A stretch of 64,000 nt of DNA, taken from an uncultured Acidobacteriota bacterium (lineage in GTDB: Bacteria; Acidobacteriota; Vicinamibacteria; Vicinamibacterales; SCN-69-37). The DNA lies in contig CAVRVJ010000003.1 of assembly GCA_963724645.1 (NCBI GenBank), positions 1,283,103 to 1,347,102 of the forward strand. The letters are read 5' to 3'. The notes beneath the pieces are model-generated. The model was not told the DNA's origin and ran no database searches. It was given only the letters and a program-made list of their open reading frames with translations. Of the stretch, positions 11,174 to 19,562 are shown in pieces. A program made the position numbers and the translations under genes. How positions within the stretch are numbered: the stretch's first letter is position 1; each line of letters begins with the position of its first letter.

Positions 11174-11902
11174 CTATATTAAGTTTGGTATTGATTCCTG
11201 AGATTGCTTCTCCATCTCCACCACTGACTGACCTGGCGCTGCCAGCAGGACGAATTCCCCTCTCGGCTTGATCGACGAGACAGGCATAATTGGCGTAATA
11301 ACCAATTCTTCGTTAATTTTACTTATTTCTCTAAACGAATATATTGGTCTTACACCACAATTAGTGTGTGCCTCACTCAACGTGCGGTGTATCCGATGAG
11401 GGGCCTCAAAGAACACGACGGCACGTGGTTCTGCGGCCAGCCTCTTGAACCAGGCTCGTCGCTCCGAGCCGCCGGCTGGCGGAAAACCCATGAAGGTGAA
11501 CTCGGACAGGGAAAACCCGGCGACTGACAAGGCGGCTGTGATTGCGCTCGGCCCGGGAACGGGCGTGACGGTGATGCCACGGTCGTGAGCGGCCCTGACG
11601 AGGCGCGCTCCCGGGTCTGAAACGGCCGGGGTACCGGCGTCGGAGACAAGGGCTATCCGCTCGCCTTGCTGCAAGCGCTCGATGAGGCGACGGGCCTCCC
11701 GGACTTCATTGTGTTCCCTCAGGCTGATCGTCGGCTTCCGGATTTCATAGTGAGCAAGAAGCTTGGCGGTTCGTCGCGTGTCCTCCGCTGCGATGAGATC
11801 GACTTCCCGCAGGACTCGGACCGCGCGAAACGTGATGTCCTCGAGGTTGCCGATAGGGGTGGCGACAACGTAGAGCACGCCGGCGGGCGGGGGCGCAATC
11901 AC
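11174..11902 (-). CDS. rsmI: 16S rRNA (cytidine1402-2'-O)-methyltransferase
   Basis: Contains LYVVATPIGNLEDIT, IAAEDTR, ALVSDAGTPAVSDPG, FFEAPHR and RGEFVLL. The last ~75 codons are conspicuously AT-rich. Confidence 0.9.
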   Translation of the reverse strand: MIAPPPAGVLYVVATPIGNLEDITFRAVRVLREVDLIAAEDTRRTAKLLAHYEIRKPTISLREHNEVREARRLIERLQQGERIALVSDAGTPAVSDPGARLVRAAHDRGITVTPVPGPSAITAALSVAGFSLSEFTFMGFPPAGGSERRAWFKRLAAEPRAVVFFEAPHRIHRTLSEAHTNCGVRPIYSFREISKINEELVITPIMPVSSIKPRGEFVLLAAPGQSVVEMEKQSQESIPNLI

Positions 11903-11930
11903 GATTCTCTATAATGGTATCGTTCCCACG

Positions 11931-12278
11931 ATGCCCCTCTACGAATTTCAGTGCGACGAGTGCGGCCATCGGTTCGAGATCATCCAGCAGAAGTTCTCCG
12001 ATCCGCCTCCCGCGGCTTGCCCGCAGTGTGGCGGCCCGGTGCGCAGGCTCGTCTCGTCACCCGCGTTCCAGTTCAAGGGATCGGGCTGGTATGCGACCGA
12101 CTACGCGAAGAAACCGGAGAGTCCGAAAGGAGCTGAGAAGTCCACCGACTCCAAGGACGCCACTGCGGCTAAAGAGTCCAAGGACGCCGCGCCAAAGGAC
12201 TCGGGGACGAAGGACACCGGGTCGACCGATTCGTCGTCGGCGGCGACCAGCGCAGCGCCCACGGCGAAGTCCAGCTGA
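11931..12278 (+). CDS. FmdB-family zinc-ribbon protein (CxxC...CxxC) with a low-complexity S/T/K/D tail
   Basis: N-terminus MPLYEFQCDECGHRFE...CPQCGGPVRRLVS is the FmdB/TIGR02605-type motif. Confidence 0.8.
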   Translation: MPLYEFQCDECGHRFEIIQQKFSDPPPAACPQCGGPVRRLVSSPAFQFKGSGWYATDYAKKPESPKGAEKSTDSKDATAAKESKDAAPKDSGTKDTGSTDSSSAATSAAPTAKSS

Positions 12279-12293
12279 GCGAAGCTCGATTGG

Positions 12294-13166
12294 CTATTCC
12301 GGCGTCACGGTCCTCAGGTACTCCCTGAACGGGCCGGCCAGGTCCGGGCGCCGGAGGGCGAAGTAGACGACCGCCTTCAGGAACCCGAGTTTGTTTCCCG
12401 TGTCGTGGCGCACGCCTTCCACCTCACACGCGTACAGCGGTCGTGACTTCAACAGGCGTTTCAGGCCGTTGGTCAGCTGCACTTCTCCGATGCGATCCCT
12501 GGCGGTTTCGGCGAGCGCGTCGAACACGTCGGGCGTCAGGACATACCGGCCGATGATGGCCAGATCCGACGGCGCCTGATCGGTGGAAGGTTTTTCCACG
12601 AGATCTTTGATGCGATACACGCCTGGGCGGACCGGATCGGCGTCGATGATGCCGTAGCTCGAAATCTCGGATCTGGGCACGCGCTCGACCAGCAGCACCG
12701 GTCCGTCCACCTCATCGAACACGTTCAGCATCTGTGCCAGGGCCGGCGGGTTGGCGTCGATCACGTCGTCGGCCAGGATCACGGCGAAGGGCTCGTTGCG
12801 CACGAAGGCGCGCGCTACCAGCACGGCGTGCCCCAGACCCAGCGCCTCGCCCTGGCGGACGTACGCGACGTTGATCAGATTGGAGATCTTGCGAATCTCT
12901 CCGAGCAGATCCGTCTTGCCGCGAGATTCGAGAAACGTCTCGAGCTCGACCGACACGTCGAAGTGATCTTCGATCGCGTTCTTGCCGCGCCCGGTGACGA
13001 GGATGATGTCGTCGATACCCGATGCGACGGCTTCCTCGACGCCGTACTGAATGATCGGCTTGTCGACGAGGGGGAGCATTTCCTTTGGTTGCGCTTTGGT
13101 AGCGGGCAGGAATCGCGTGCCCAGCCCCGCCGCCGGGAAGATCGCCTTGCGAACGAGTGTTTTCAC
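12294..13166 (-). CDS. galU: UTP--glucose-1-phosphate uridylyltransferase
   Basis: 290-aa ORF with KAIFPAAGLGTRFLPATKAQPKEMLP, VRQGEALGLGHAV and VEKP motifs. Confidence 0.93.
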   Translation of the reverse strand: MKTLVRKAIFPAAGLGTRFLPATKAQPKEMLPLVDKPIIQYGVEEAVASGIDDIILVTGRGKNAIEDHFDVSVELETFLESRGKTDLLGEIRKISNLINVAYVRQGEALGLGHAVLVARAFVRNEPFAVILADDVIDANPPALAQMLNVFDEVDGPVLLVERVPRSEISSYGIIDADPVRPGVYRIKDLVEKPSTDQAPSDLAIIGRYVLTPDVFDALAETARDRIGEVQLTNGLKRLLKSRPLYACEVEGVRHDTGNKLGFLKAVVYFALRRPDLAGPFREYLRTVTPE

Positions 13167-13196
13167 AGGTCTGGAATCGTATCAGGCGCCAGCCGC

Positions 13197-13289
13197 CTGG
13201 GCACTAGGCACTAGGCACTCGGCACTGGATCCCTGGAGAATTCGTGTTTGCCGTTTCTGCTAGTGCCTAGTGCCCAGTGCCTGGTGCCT
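13197..13289. repeat. long imperfect hairpin whose arms are (GGCACTN)x4 / (NAGTGCC)x4 heptamer arrays, with a ~31-nt loop
   Basis: Left arm is ctGGGCACTAGGCACTAGGCACTCGGCACTGG (13197-13228). Right arm is CTAGTGCCTAGTGCCCAGTGCCTGGTGCC (13260-13289). It lies in the galU/serS divergent intergenic region. Confidence 0.85.
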
Positions 13290-13304
13290 ATATATTGAAA
13301 CGCC

Positions 13305-14597
13305 ATGCTTGACCTCGTCTTTCTTCGCGACCGCCTCGATGATGCGCGGACCCGGCTGCGGATGCGCGGCGAGGCCGCGGTGTCGGCGCTGGAGGAGTGC
13401 GCCGCGGTGGATGTCCGCTGGCGTCAGATGGTTACCGAGCTCGAAGCGCTCAAGAGCGAGCACAACTCCGCGAACGCGGCCATTCCCGAGCTCAAGCGGA
13501 GCGGCACGCCGGAGCAGTTTCAAGCGGCGCGCGAGGCGGGCAAGGTCCGCGGCGAGCGGATTCGCGCGCTCGAGACCGCGCTGGCGGCGATTGAAACGAC
13601 GCGTGACGACCTGCTGCTGAACATTCCGAATCTGCCGCACGCGAGCGTGCCGGCGGGCGCATCGGCGGCCGACAACGTCGAGGTGCGGCAGTGGGGAGAG
13701 CGGCCGGTGTTCGCGTTCACGCCGCAGCCACACTGGGAGCTGGGAACCGCGCTCGGCATCATCGATTTCGAGCGGGCGGCCCGCATGTCCGGGGCGCGGT
13801 TCTCGGTGCTCGTGGGCGCGGGTGCCCGGCTCGCGCGCGCGCTCATCAACTTCATGCTCGACCTGCATGTGCGCGAGCACGGATATGAGGAGGTGGAGCC
13901 GCCGTTCCTCGTCAATGCGGCAGCGCTCAGGGGTACCGGAAATCTGCCGAAATTCGAGCAGGACCTGTTCCGGATCGCGGGCGACTGGGATCTCTATCTC
14001 ATTCCGACCGCCGAGGTGCCACTCACCAATCTGCACCGCGAAGAAATCCTGGACGGGCGTCGGCTGCCGTTGAAATACACGGCCTACACGCCCTGTTTCC
14101 GCAGCGAGGCGGGATCGTACGGCGCGGATGTGCGCGGGTTGATCCGGCAACATCAGTTCGACAAGGTCGAACTGGTCAAGTTCGCGACGCCCGAGCAATC
14201 GCACGACGAGCTCGAGGGCCTCACGCGCAACGCTGAAACCGTGCTCGAGCGGCTCGGCCTGCCGTACCGGCGCGTCGTGCTCTGCACCGGCGACATGGGC
14301 TTTGCCTCGGCGAAGACCTACGACATCGAGGTGTGGCTGCCCAGTCAAAATGCGTATCGCGAGATTTCGTCCTGCAGCAACACGGAAGGTTTCCAGGCCC
14401 GCCGCGCGGGGATCAAGTTCCGCCCGGACGGCACGGGCAAGGTGCGGTACGTGCATACGTTGAACGGCTCCGGCCTGGCTGTCGGCCGCACCCTGATCGC
14501 GATCCTCGAGAATGGCCAGCAAGCCGACGGATCGGTCGTGATTCCGGAAGCCCTGCGGCCCTACATGGGAGGCTTGGTGAAAATAGACAGAGCGTGA
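13305..14597 (+). CDS. serS: serine--tRNA ligase
   Basis: 430-aa ORF with an N-terminal coiled coil and class II motifs ([33 protein letters not shown]). Confidence 0.97.
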   Translation: MLDLVFLRDRLDDARTRLRMRGEAAVSALEECAAVDVRWRQMVTELEALKSEHNSANAAIPELKRSGTPEQFQAAREAGKVRGERIRALETALAAIETTRDDLLLNIPNLPHASVPAGASAADNVEVRQWGERPVFAFTPQPHWELGTALGIIDFERAARMSGARFSVLVGAGARLARALINFMLDLHVREHGYEEVEPPFLVNAAALRGTGNLPKFEQDLFRIAGDWDLYLIPTAEVPLTNLHREEILDGRRLPLKYTAYTPCFRSEAGSYGADVRGLIRQHQFDKVELVKFATPEQSHDELEGLTRNAETVLERLGLPYRRVVLCTGDMGFASAKTYDIEVWLPSQNAYREISSCSNTEGFQARRAGIKFRPDGTGKVRYVHTLNGSGLAVGRTLIAILENGQQADGSVVIPEALRPYMGGLVKIDRA

Positions 14598-14664
14598 GAG
14601 GGTGAAAGGGTGAAAGCGTGAAAGACGCGCGCTTGTCCCTCACCCTTTCACCCTCTCACCCTCT
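14597..14664. repeat. long imperfect hairpin built from tandem octamers (G[GC]GTGAAA)x3 / (CTNTCACC)x3
   Basis: Sequence is GAGGGTGAAAGGGTGAAAGCGTGAAAG ..13 nt.. CCCTCACCCTTTCACCCTCTCACCCTC. It starts at the serS stop and ends 15 nt before tRNA-Ser. No T-tract follows. Confidence 0.85.
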
Positions 14665-14679
14665 TACACTCTGATCAGC

Positions 14680-14769
14680 GGAGGGATGGCCGAGTGGTCG
14701 ATGGCGGCGGTCTTGAAAACCGCTGTACGGGAAACCGTGCCGGGGGTTCGAATCCCTCTCCCTCCGCCA
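14680..14769 (+). tRNA. tRNA-Ser (anticodon UGA), class II with a long variable arm and encoded CCA
   Basis: Sequence is GGAGGGATGGCCGAGTGGTCGA...GGTCTTGAAAACC...long variable arm...GGTTCGAATCC...TCCCTCCGCCA. The acceptor stem GGAGGGA/TCCCTCC pairs, and the anticodon loop is CT-TGA-AA. Confidence 0.95.
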
Positions 14770-14806
14770 ACCTTCGCGCCGCTTGGTTGGCGGAGCGAGC
14801 GCGCCG

Positions 14807-15706
14807 TCACCGGTTCCAGAGAACCATCGTGCCCCAGATCACGAAGCCGAGCGGGCCGAGCGCCATCAGGAGAAAGACCAATCCTTCTCTGAGAAACCTG
14901 GCGTCGATTGTGGTGACAGTTGCAGCAATCGGGTGCGGCGCGTTTCGCCATGGCGCCGCGAAGAGGTGCGCGCCGATCGCGGTGACCATCCAGCACGACG
15001 CGGTCAGGCCAGGCGTTCGCGTGAGGGCCTGAACCGACCCGCCGATGAGGAACAGCGGCAGGGCAAACGCGAACAGGCCCGCGACAAGGCCGGTGGCCTC
15101 GAGCACTCTCGGGCGCCGGACGGATGCGGGCCGGGTTGGCACCAGGAGAAACAGCGCGATGCCACCAAGCATCAAGGCCCATCCCAGGCGACGAAACGGG
15201 TAGAACAGCGATGCAGGAGGGACGGGCACCCCTTGCCGCGTACCCAACGGAAAATCCTCGCGTGTCCAACGGTGCTGCGTCACCCGGTAGTACACATCGA
15301 CGTCGGGACGTGTGAACGACACGTACGTCGTTCCGCCACCCGCCGCGAGCTTCTCGGTCGCGTTTGCCATGGGAGGATCAACCGGGCGGACGAAGACACC
15401 GGCGCCTGGGCCGAGCGCTTTCGTGCGCTCGTCGATGCTGCGAAGAAACCGGTCCCACTCCGGACCAGACGCTGACACCACGTTGTACTGGAGGAACTCC
15501 TCGATGTAGACCGAAAGAGGAAGCACGGCCCGCCTGCGCTGCGCCTCAGTCTTCTGTTCGTCCGGCACCGACCGCGCTTCCTCCTGCTGCATGCGCGCGA
15601 AGTCGACCGGCGCGATCGTCAGCAGCGGATCCAGCGGAGCCAGCCGCAACAGCCATAGACTCGTCAGCAGCGCTCCCGTCAGGACCGCTCGTCGAAGAAG
15701 CTCCAT
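14807..15706 (-). CDS. hypothetical membrane protein (N-terminal anchor plus about 4 C-terminal TM segments)
   Basis: 299-aa ORF with protein-like composition and hydrophobic stretches (LGWALMLGGIALFLLV, GLVAGLFAFALPLFLIGG, GLVFLLMALGPLGFVIWG). No family recognised. Confidence 0.55.
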   Translation of the reverse strand: MELLRRAVLTGALLTSLWLLRLAPLDPLLTIAPVDFARMQQEEARSVPDEQKTEAQRRRAVLPLSVYIEEFLQYNVVSASGPEWDRFLRSIDERTKALGPGAGVFVRPVDPPMANATEKLAAGGGTTYVSFTRPDVDVYYRVTQHRWTREDFPLGTRQGVPVPPASLFYPFRRLGWALMLGGIALFLLVPTRPASVRRPRVLEATGLVAGLFAFALPLFLIGGSVQALTRTPGLTASCWMVTAIGAHLFAAPWRNAPHPIAATVTTIDARFLREGLVFLLMALGPLGFVIWGTMVLWNR

Positions 15707-15908
15707 CGGAGGTCAAGGTTATGGTACTCGTGCCCTTTGGAGCGCATTCCAATTCTGTCGCTCCAATGCGTGAAGAGCGACAAATCGCGAGCGCGTGCGC
15801 GAGCTTTTCCTGGAATCTGCTGTCAGCGCGTGGCGATCGAGGAGCGCCATCAGTTCCCGCCAGCGGCGGCGCGCTTCTTTGAGCGCGGCTCGTGCGAGGG
15901 TCGACTAC

Positions 15909-15996
15909 ACGGAAAGTCACTTGACTTGACGTGGTACATTGCGGCCGCGCCCCGGGGGCGCGCGACGATACCACGTCAAGTCAAGCGCTTTCCGGA
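15909..15996. repeat. nested-hairpin REP/MITE-like element, copy 1
   Basis: Outer arms are ACGGAAAGTCACTTGACTTGACGTGGT and ACCACGTCAAGTCAAGCGCTTTCCGG. The inner palindrome is GCGCGCCCCGGGGGCGCGC. A near-identical element lies at 25151-25229. Confidence 0.85.
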
Positions 15997-16012
15997 GCTT
16001 TCCGGGATTAGG

Positions 16013-16885
16013 ATGCGCTTGGCTGAAGGGTTTCAAGCGGGACGCGGCCCGACACGCAGCAGCGGAGCGCCGCAGGGGCTTCAGTTCAAGTGCGTTTCGG
16101 CACTTCGGAGGCGACTCCTGGAATTCCCACGATTTGACTTGACTGGTCAGGTGGCGCTTGTCACCGGTGCGGCACGAGGATTGGGTCGGGCGATTTCGCT
16201 GGCCCTCGCACACGCGGGCGCCGACGTGGCCCTGGGGCTGCGCGACGTGAACGCCGACGCCGGCCTGGCCGATGAGATTCGCGCGATGCACCGGCGCGCG
16301 CTGCCGCTCCAGATGGACGTGAGCAAGCTCGATCAGATCGTCCGCGCGGTGGAACAGGCTGAGAAACATTTCGGACGGATAGACATTCTCGTGAACAACG
16401 CCGGGATTGGACCGGAAAACCCGGCGGAGGACGTGCGCGAGGCGGACTTCGACGCGACGCTCGCGGTCAATCTGAAAGGCACGTTTTTCGCGAGCCAGGC
16501 AGTGGGACGCGTGATGATCCGGCAGAGGAGCGGAAAGATCATCAACCTCGGATCGCAGGCTGGCGCAGTGGCGCTGCCGACCGAATCGATCTACTGCATG
16601 ACGAAGGCGGCGATCGCGCACCTGACGAGATGCCTGGCGGTGGAATGGGGAAAGCACAACATCACGGTCAATGCTGTGGCGCCGACGTTCATTCGCACGC
16701 CGGGGACGGAGAGCGCCCTCTCAGACCCCGCCGTTCGGGCCGACGTCGTGGAGCGGATTGCCGCGCTCCACCGGATCGGAGAGCCGATGGAGGTCGCTGG
16801 AACCGTGGTGTTCCTGGCGTCGCCCGCCGCGTCGCTGATTACCGGCGAGACGATTTTGATCGACGGCGGGTGGACCGCGCGTTAG
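16013..16885 (+). CDS. SDR-family oxidoreductase (FabG/KduD-like)
   Basis: Contains ALVTGAARGLGRAI (TGxxxGxG), NNAG, the S...YCMTKAA catalytic triad region and a PGTESAL... tail. The start is uncertain: the ATG at 16013 gives a ~38-aa N-terminal extension. Confidence 0.85.
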   Translation: MRLAEGFQAGRGPTRSSGAPQGLQFKCVSALRRRLLEFPRFDLTGQVALVTGAARGLGRAISLALAHAGADVALGLRDVNADAGLADEIRAMHRRALPLQMDVSKLDQIVRAVEQAEKHFGRIDILVNNAGIGPENPAEDVREADFDATLAVNLKGTFFASQAVGRVMIRQRSGKIINLGSQAGAVALPTESIYCMTKAAIAHLTRCLAVEWGKHNITVNAVAPTFIRTPGTESALSDPAVRADVVERIAALHRIGEPMEVAGTVVFLASPAASLITGETILIDGGWTAR

Positions 16886-16923
16886 CTGTCGCGCCTTGCA
16901 CAAGTTGAACCGAAGGATCTCTT

Positions 16924-17817
16924 TTAACGCGAAACGACGATCGAACCGTCGCCGCTTCGTAGACGAAGCGTATGGCCGCCGTTGCCGAGACGCCCGCGAA
17001 GCGTGTGCCCGTCGTCGCGGTGGTCTCTGGTGACGCCGTCGAATCCCCTCGCCTCCACGTGGCCATCGCCGGTGTGCGCGTCCAACTCGGCGTTGAGCGC
17101 CGCGGGCAAGCGCAGATCGATCGCGCCATCGCCGGTCGTGATGTTCCAGTCGCTGGTGACGGCGCTGCCTTCCCCGGCGGCGACGCGGACGGAACCGTCG
17201 CCGGTTCTGACGGTGACGCCCTCGAAGCGCCCGGCGAGATCAATCGAGCCATCGCCTGTGTCGGCGTCGGCCAGGCCGATGGCGTCGGAAATGCGAATCG
17301 AGCCGTCACCGGTGTGCGCCTTGACACGCCCGTCGACGTGCGTCACCCGGATACTGCCGTCACCCGTATTCAGGACGAGTGCGCCGGCGAGCCCTTCAGT
17401 CGCAATCGAGCCATCTCCGCTGCGCGCGTCCAGGGTGACGCGTGCGGGCGTCGTGACGATCAGGCTGACGGATCCGGAGGTCCGGGACCCGAAGAATGAG
17501 CCGCCATTCCGGCCGCGAGGGTCGGCAGCCTCGACGACAATCCGATTCCCGATCTGGTTGACGTTCACGACGAGTGCCGCGGTGGCCTGCGAATCCCGCC
17601 CGCGCCGCTCGATTTCAATGCGCACCTCCTTCTGATCCCACGACTGCACCTGAATCGAGCCATCGAATGTGCTGAGGCTCAACTCCGGTTCGCCGCTGAC
17701 ACTGAACCGCTTCTCGTCGCGCGTGACGACGCTGTCGCCCTGAAGGTCGATCGAGCAGGCAGTCGAGCCAAGCGCCAGGAAACCCGCCACGAGGCCGGTA
17801 GATGTGAAATGACGCAT
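16924..17817 (-). CDS. DUF4097-type putative adhesin lipoprotein (repeated GDGSI beta-strand units)
   Basis: Starts MRHFTSTGLVAGFLALGSTAC (lipobox-like). It carries more than 8 repeats of TGDGSI/SGDGSI. This is the 3' part of the listed chimeric ORF 16924..18393. Confidence 0.8.
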   Translation of the reverse strand: MRHFTSTGLVAGFLALGSTACSIDLQGDSVVTRDEKRFSVSGEPELSLSTFDGSIQVQSWDQKEVRIEIERRGRDSQATAALVVNVNQIGNRIVVEAADPRGRNGGSFFGSRTSGSVSLIVTTPARVTLDARSGDGSIATEGLAGALVLNTGDGSIRVTHVDGRVKAHTGDGSIRISDAIGLADADTGDGSIDLAGRFEGVTVRTGDGSVRVAAGEGSAVTSDWNITTGDGAIDLRLPAALNAELDAHTGDGHVEARGFDGVTRDHRDDGHTLRGRLGNGGHTLRLRSGDGSIVVSR

Positions 17818-17903
17818 GAGGTCCTCTGCGGGCGTTATACGTTGCCGGAGACCGCGAGGTTCACGGCGGCCTGGCGGGCCGGTCCCGGAAAGAGGACTGG
17901 TTG

Positions 17904-18393
17904 CTATCGTCTGGCCCAGCGAATCAGATCCGTCGGCGCCGGCGCGGCATCGAGCTGGCGGAGCATCCCTGCGACCTGGCCGCGGTGGTACGTGCCGTGA
18001 TTGACAACGTGCTGACACAGGACGACCAGCGGCTGGGTGTCGGACGCGCCGGAGAAGAGCGTAAACGTCACCGGACGCGCGACGTCGGCGTCGGAGAGGC
18101 CCCTCAAGAACGCCGCCCGTTCGTCTTCCAGGGCGGCGAACCTGGCCGTGAGGTCCTGGAGCGAAGACGCCTTCGCCCACTCCGGCATTGCCGAGGGGCT
18201 CGTCCCCTGCCACCGTGACAACCACACCCATTCGCCGCCGGCGATGTGCGCGGCTGTCGCCGAGACGCTTGGAAAACTCATCCCCAGCGCCCGCGTGAAC
18301 TGTTCCGTCGTGAGCGGCTGCAGGCTGCTCGAGCATGCGATCGTTTGCCCATTTGTTGTAGGCGAAGAGCTGCAGCACATCGTCAAGAGTCAT
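17904..18393 (-). pseudogene. DinB-family protein, frame broken near 18327 as assembled
   Basis: Frame A gives MTLDDVLQLFAYNKWANDRMLE, then frame B gives SLQPLTTEQFTRAL...AHIAGGEWVWLSRWQG...HVVNHGTYHRGQVAGMLRQL. A single extra nucleotide separates the two frames. Confidence 0.75.
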
Positions 18394-18625
18394 CTCAGGA
18401 GTCTAGAGCCGTTCTCACTTCCGCGTAGCAGGAAACCGCCCCCAACCGCGAGCATTCCGGCGGGATTTGGCAGGATGGCCCGCTGCAGGAAAGTGAGAAC
18501 CGCGGCAGACGGCAGTCACGGCAGCCCCCGGGGATGCGGCGTGCGACAATGCCGCCCCTTTGAAACTTTTCAACCCTCTCCGGGTTCTTCTCCCTGAGTG
18601 CGCGCCGGCAACCGCCCTTCAAGGC

Positions 18626-19162
18626 ATGACCGACGTCCTGCGGTTTGAGGCGTTTCTGCTCGCCCATCAGGACATGGTGTTTGCGACAGCGGTACGGCTG
18701 GTCGGGCAGGCGGCAGACGCGGAGGACATCGCGCAGATGACGTTCTTGAAGGCCTGGGAGCGATTCGATGAACTTGACACCAACCCGGCGGCAAGTGGCT
18801 GGCTGAAGACCGTGGCAACCAATCTCTCGCTCAATCACCTCTCACGCTACCGTTCGCGCTGGCGGTTCTTCAGCGAGCTCGCCGGCGCCGAAGACGACGA
18901 CCAGCGGTTCGAAGCCCGGCTCGCGGCCGAGGAGGTACCGGACGCGCTCGTGCGGTCGGATGAGCTCGCGCAGCTCGAGCGGGCCCTTCGCGCATTGCCT
19001 GCGCATCAGCGTGTGCCGATCGTGCTGTTTCACTTCGATCACTGGAGCTACGACGAGATCGCGGCGCGTCTGGGCGTGTCGGTCGGCAAGATCAAGACCG
19101 ACATTCACCGCGGCCGCCTGGCGCTTCGGGCTTTCCTCGGGAACGACGATGGAACGCACTGA
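18626..19162 (+). CDS. RNA polymerase sigma-70 family, ECF subfamily
   Basis: Region 2 is DAEDIAQMTFLKAWERF and region 4 is SYDEIAARLGVSVGKIKTDIHRGRLALR. The ATG at 18626 is preferred over the ORF start at 18560. Confidence 0.9.
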   Translation: MTDVLRFEAFLLAHQDMVFATAVRLVGQAADAEDIAQMTFLKAWERFDELDTNPAASGWLKTVATNLSLNHLSRYRSRWRFFSELAGAEDDDQRFEARLAAEEVPDALVRSDELAQLERALRALPAHQRVPIVLFHFDHWSYDEIAARLGVSVGKIKTDIHRGRLALRAFLGNDDGTH

Positions 19163-19562
19163 ACTCGAGCGTCAGGTCGATCGTGCCCTGCGCCGGCTGC
19201 CATTGCCACGCGCGCCGCGCTCGCTGGCGCCGCGCGTGATGCAGGCGATCGCCGCCGCGTCGCGGACCGCGACGCGTGCAGCAGTAGGCGGGTGGCGATG
19301 CTGGTCGCCTGGCTGGCAGGTGCTTGGTCTGGCAAGTGCGTGCTGGCTGGCCGCCACGATCGCGCTCGCGCTGCCAATCGCCTCGCGCTGGATTGGCGAC
19401 GTGGCCGTCACGCGTGCGGCCGTGGCCCTGTGGCAGATGTTCGTTGCCCCGATCGCGGCGCCGGTCATTGCCGTTGTCGCCGTGATGTGCACGGCCAGCG
19501 CGCTCCTCGTGGCCGCGTTGAGGTATGTGGCGTGGGAACGCCGATGGACCCTTCATTCATGA
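19149..19562 (+). CDS. putative membrane anti-sigma factor
   Basis: 137-aa ORF overlapping the sigma-factor stop by 14 nt. It has a short cytoplasmic N-terminus followed by TM segments. It has no zinc-binding HxxxCxxC motif, so the call rests on position. Confidence 0.55.
   Translation: MERTELERQVDRALRRLPLPRAPRSLAPRVMQAIAAASRTATRAAVGGWRCWSPGWQVLGLASACWLAATIALALPIASRWIGDVAVTRAAVALWQMFVAPIAAPVIAVVAVMCTASALLVAALRYVAWERRWTLHS

Noticed and set aside
14680-15706. tRNA-Ser considered as an integration hotspot for a genomic island.
   Set aside because: There is no integrase, no duplicated tRNA 3' end and no compositional shift downstream. The next gene is an ordinary high-GC membrane protein.
15722-15844. 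Possible 41-aa minus-strand ORF (MALLDRHALTADSRK...ALERQNWNALQRARVP) just upstream of the membrane-protein gene.
   Set aside because: It is very short and very basic, and I found no recognisable family and no clear ribosome-binding site. It cannot be supported from sequence alone.
16924-18393. Single 489-aa ORF in the supplied track.
   Set aside because: It is a chimera. The first 22 codons are the DinB N-terminus, the middle is out-of-frame read-through, and the last 297 codons are the DUF4097 lipoprotein with its own start at 17817.
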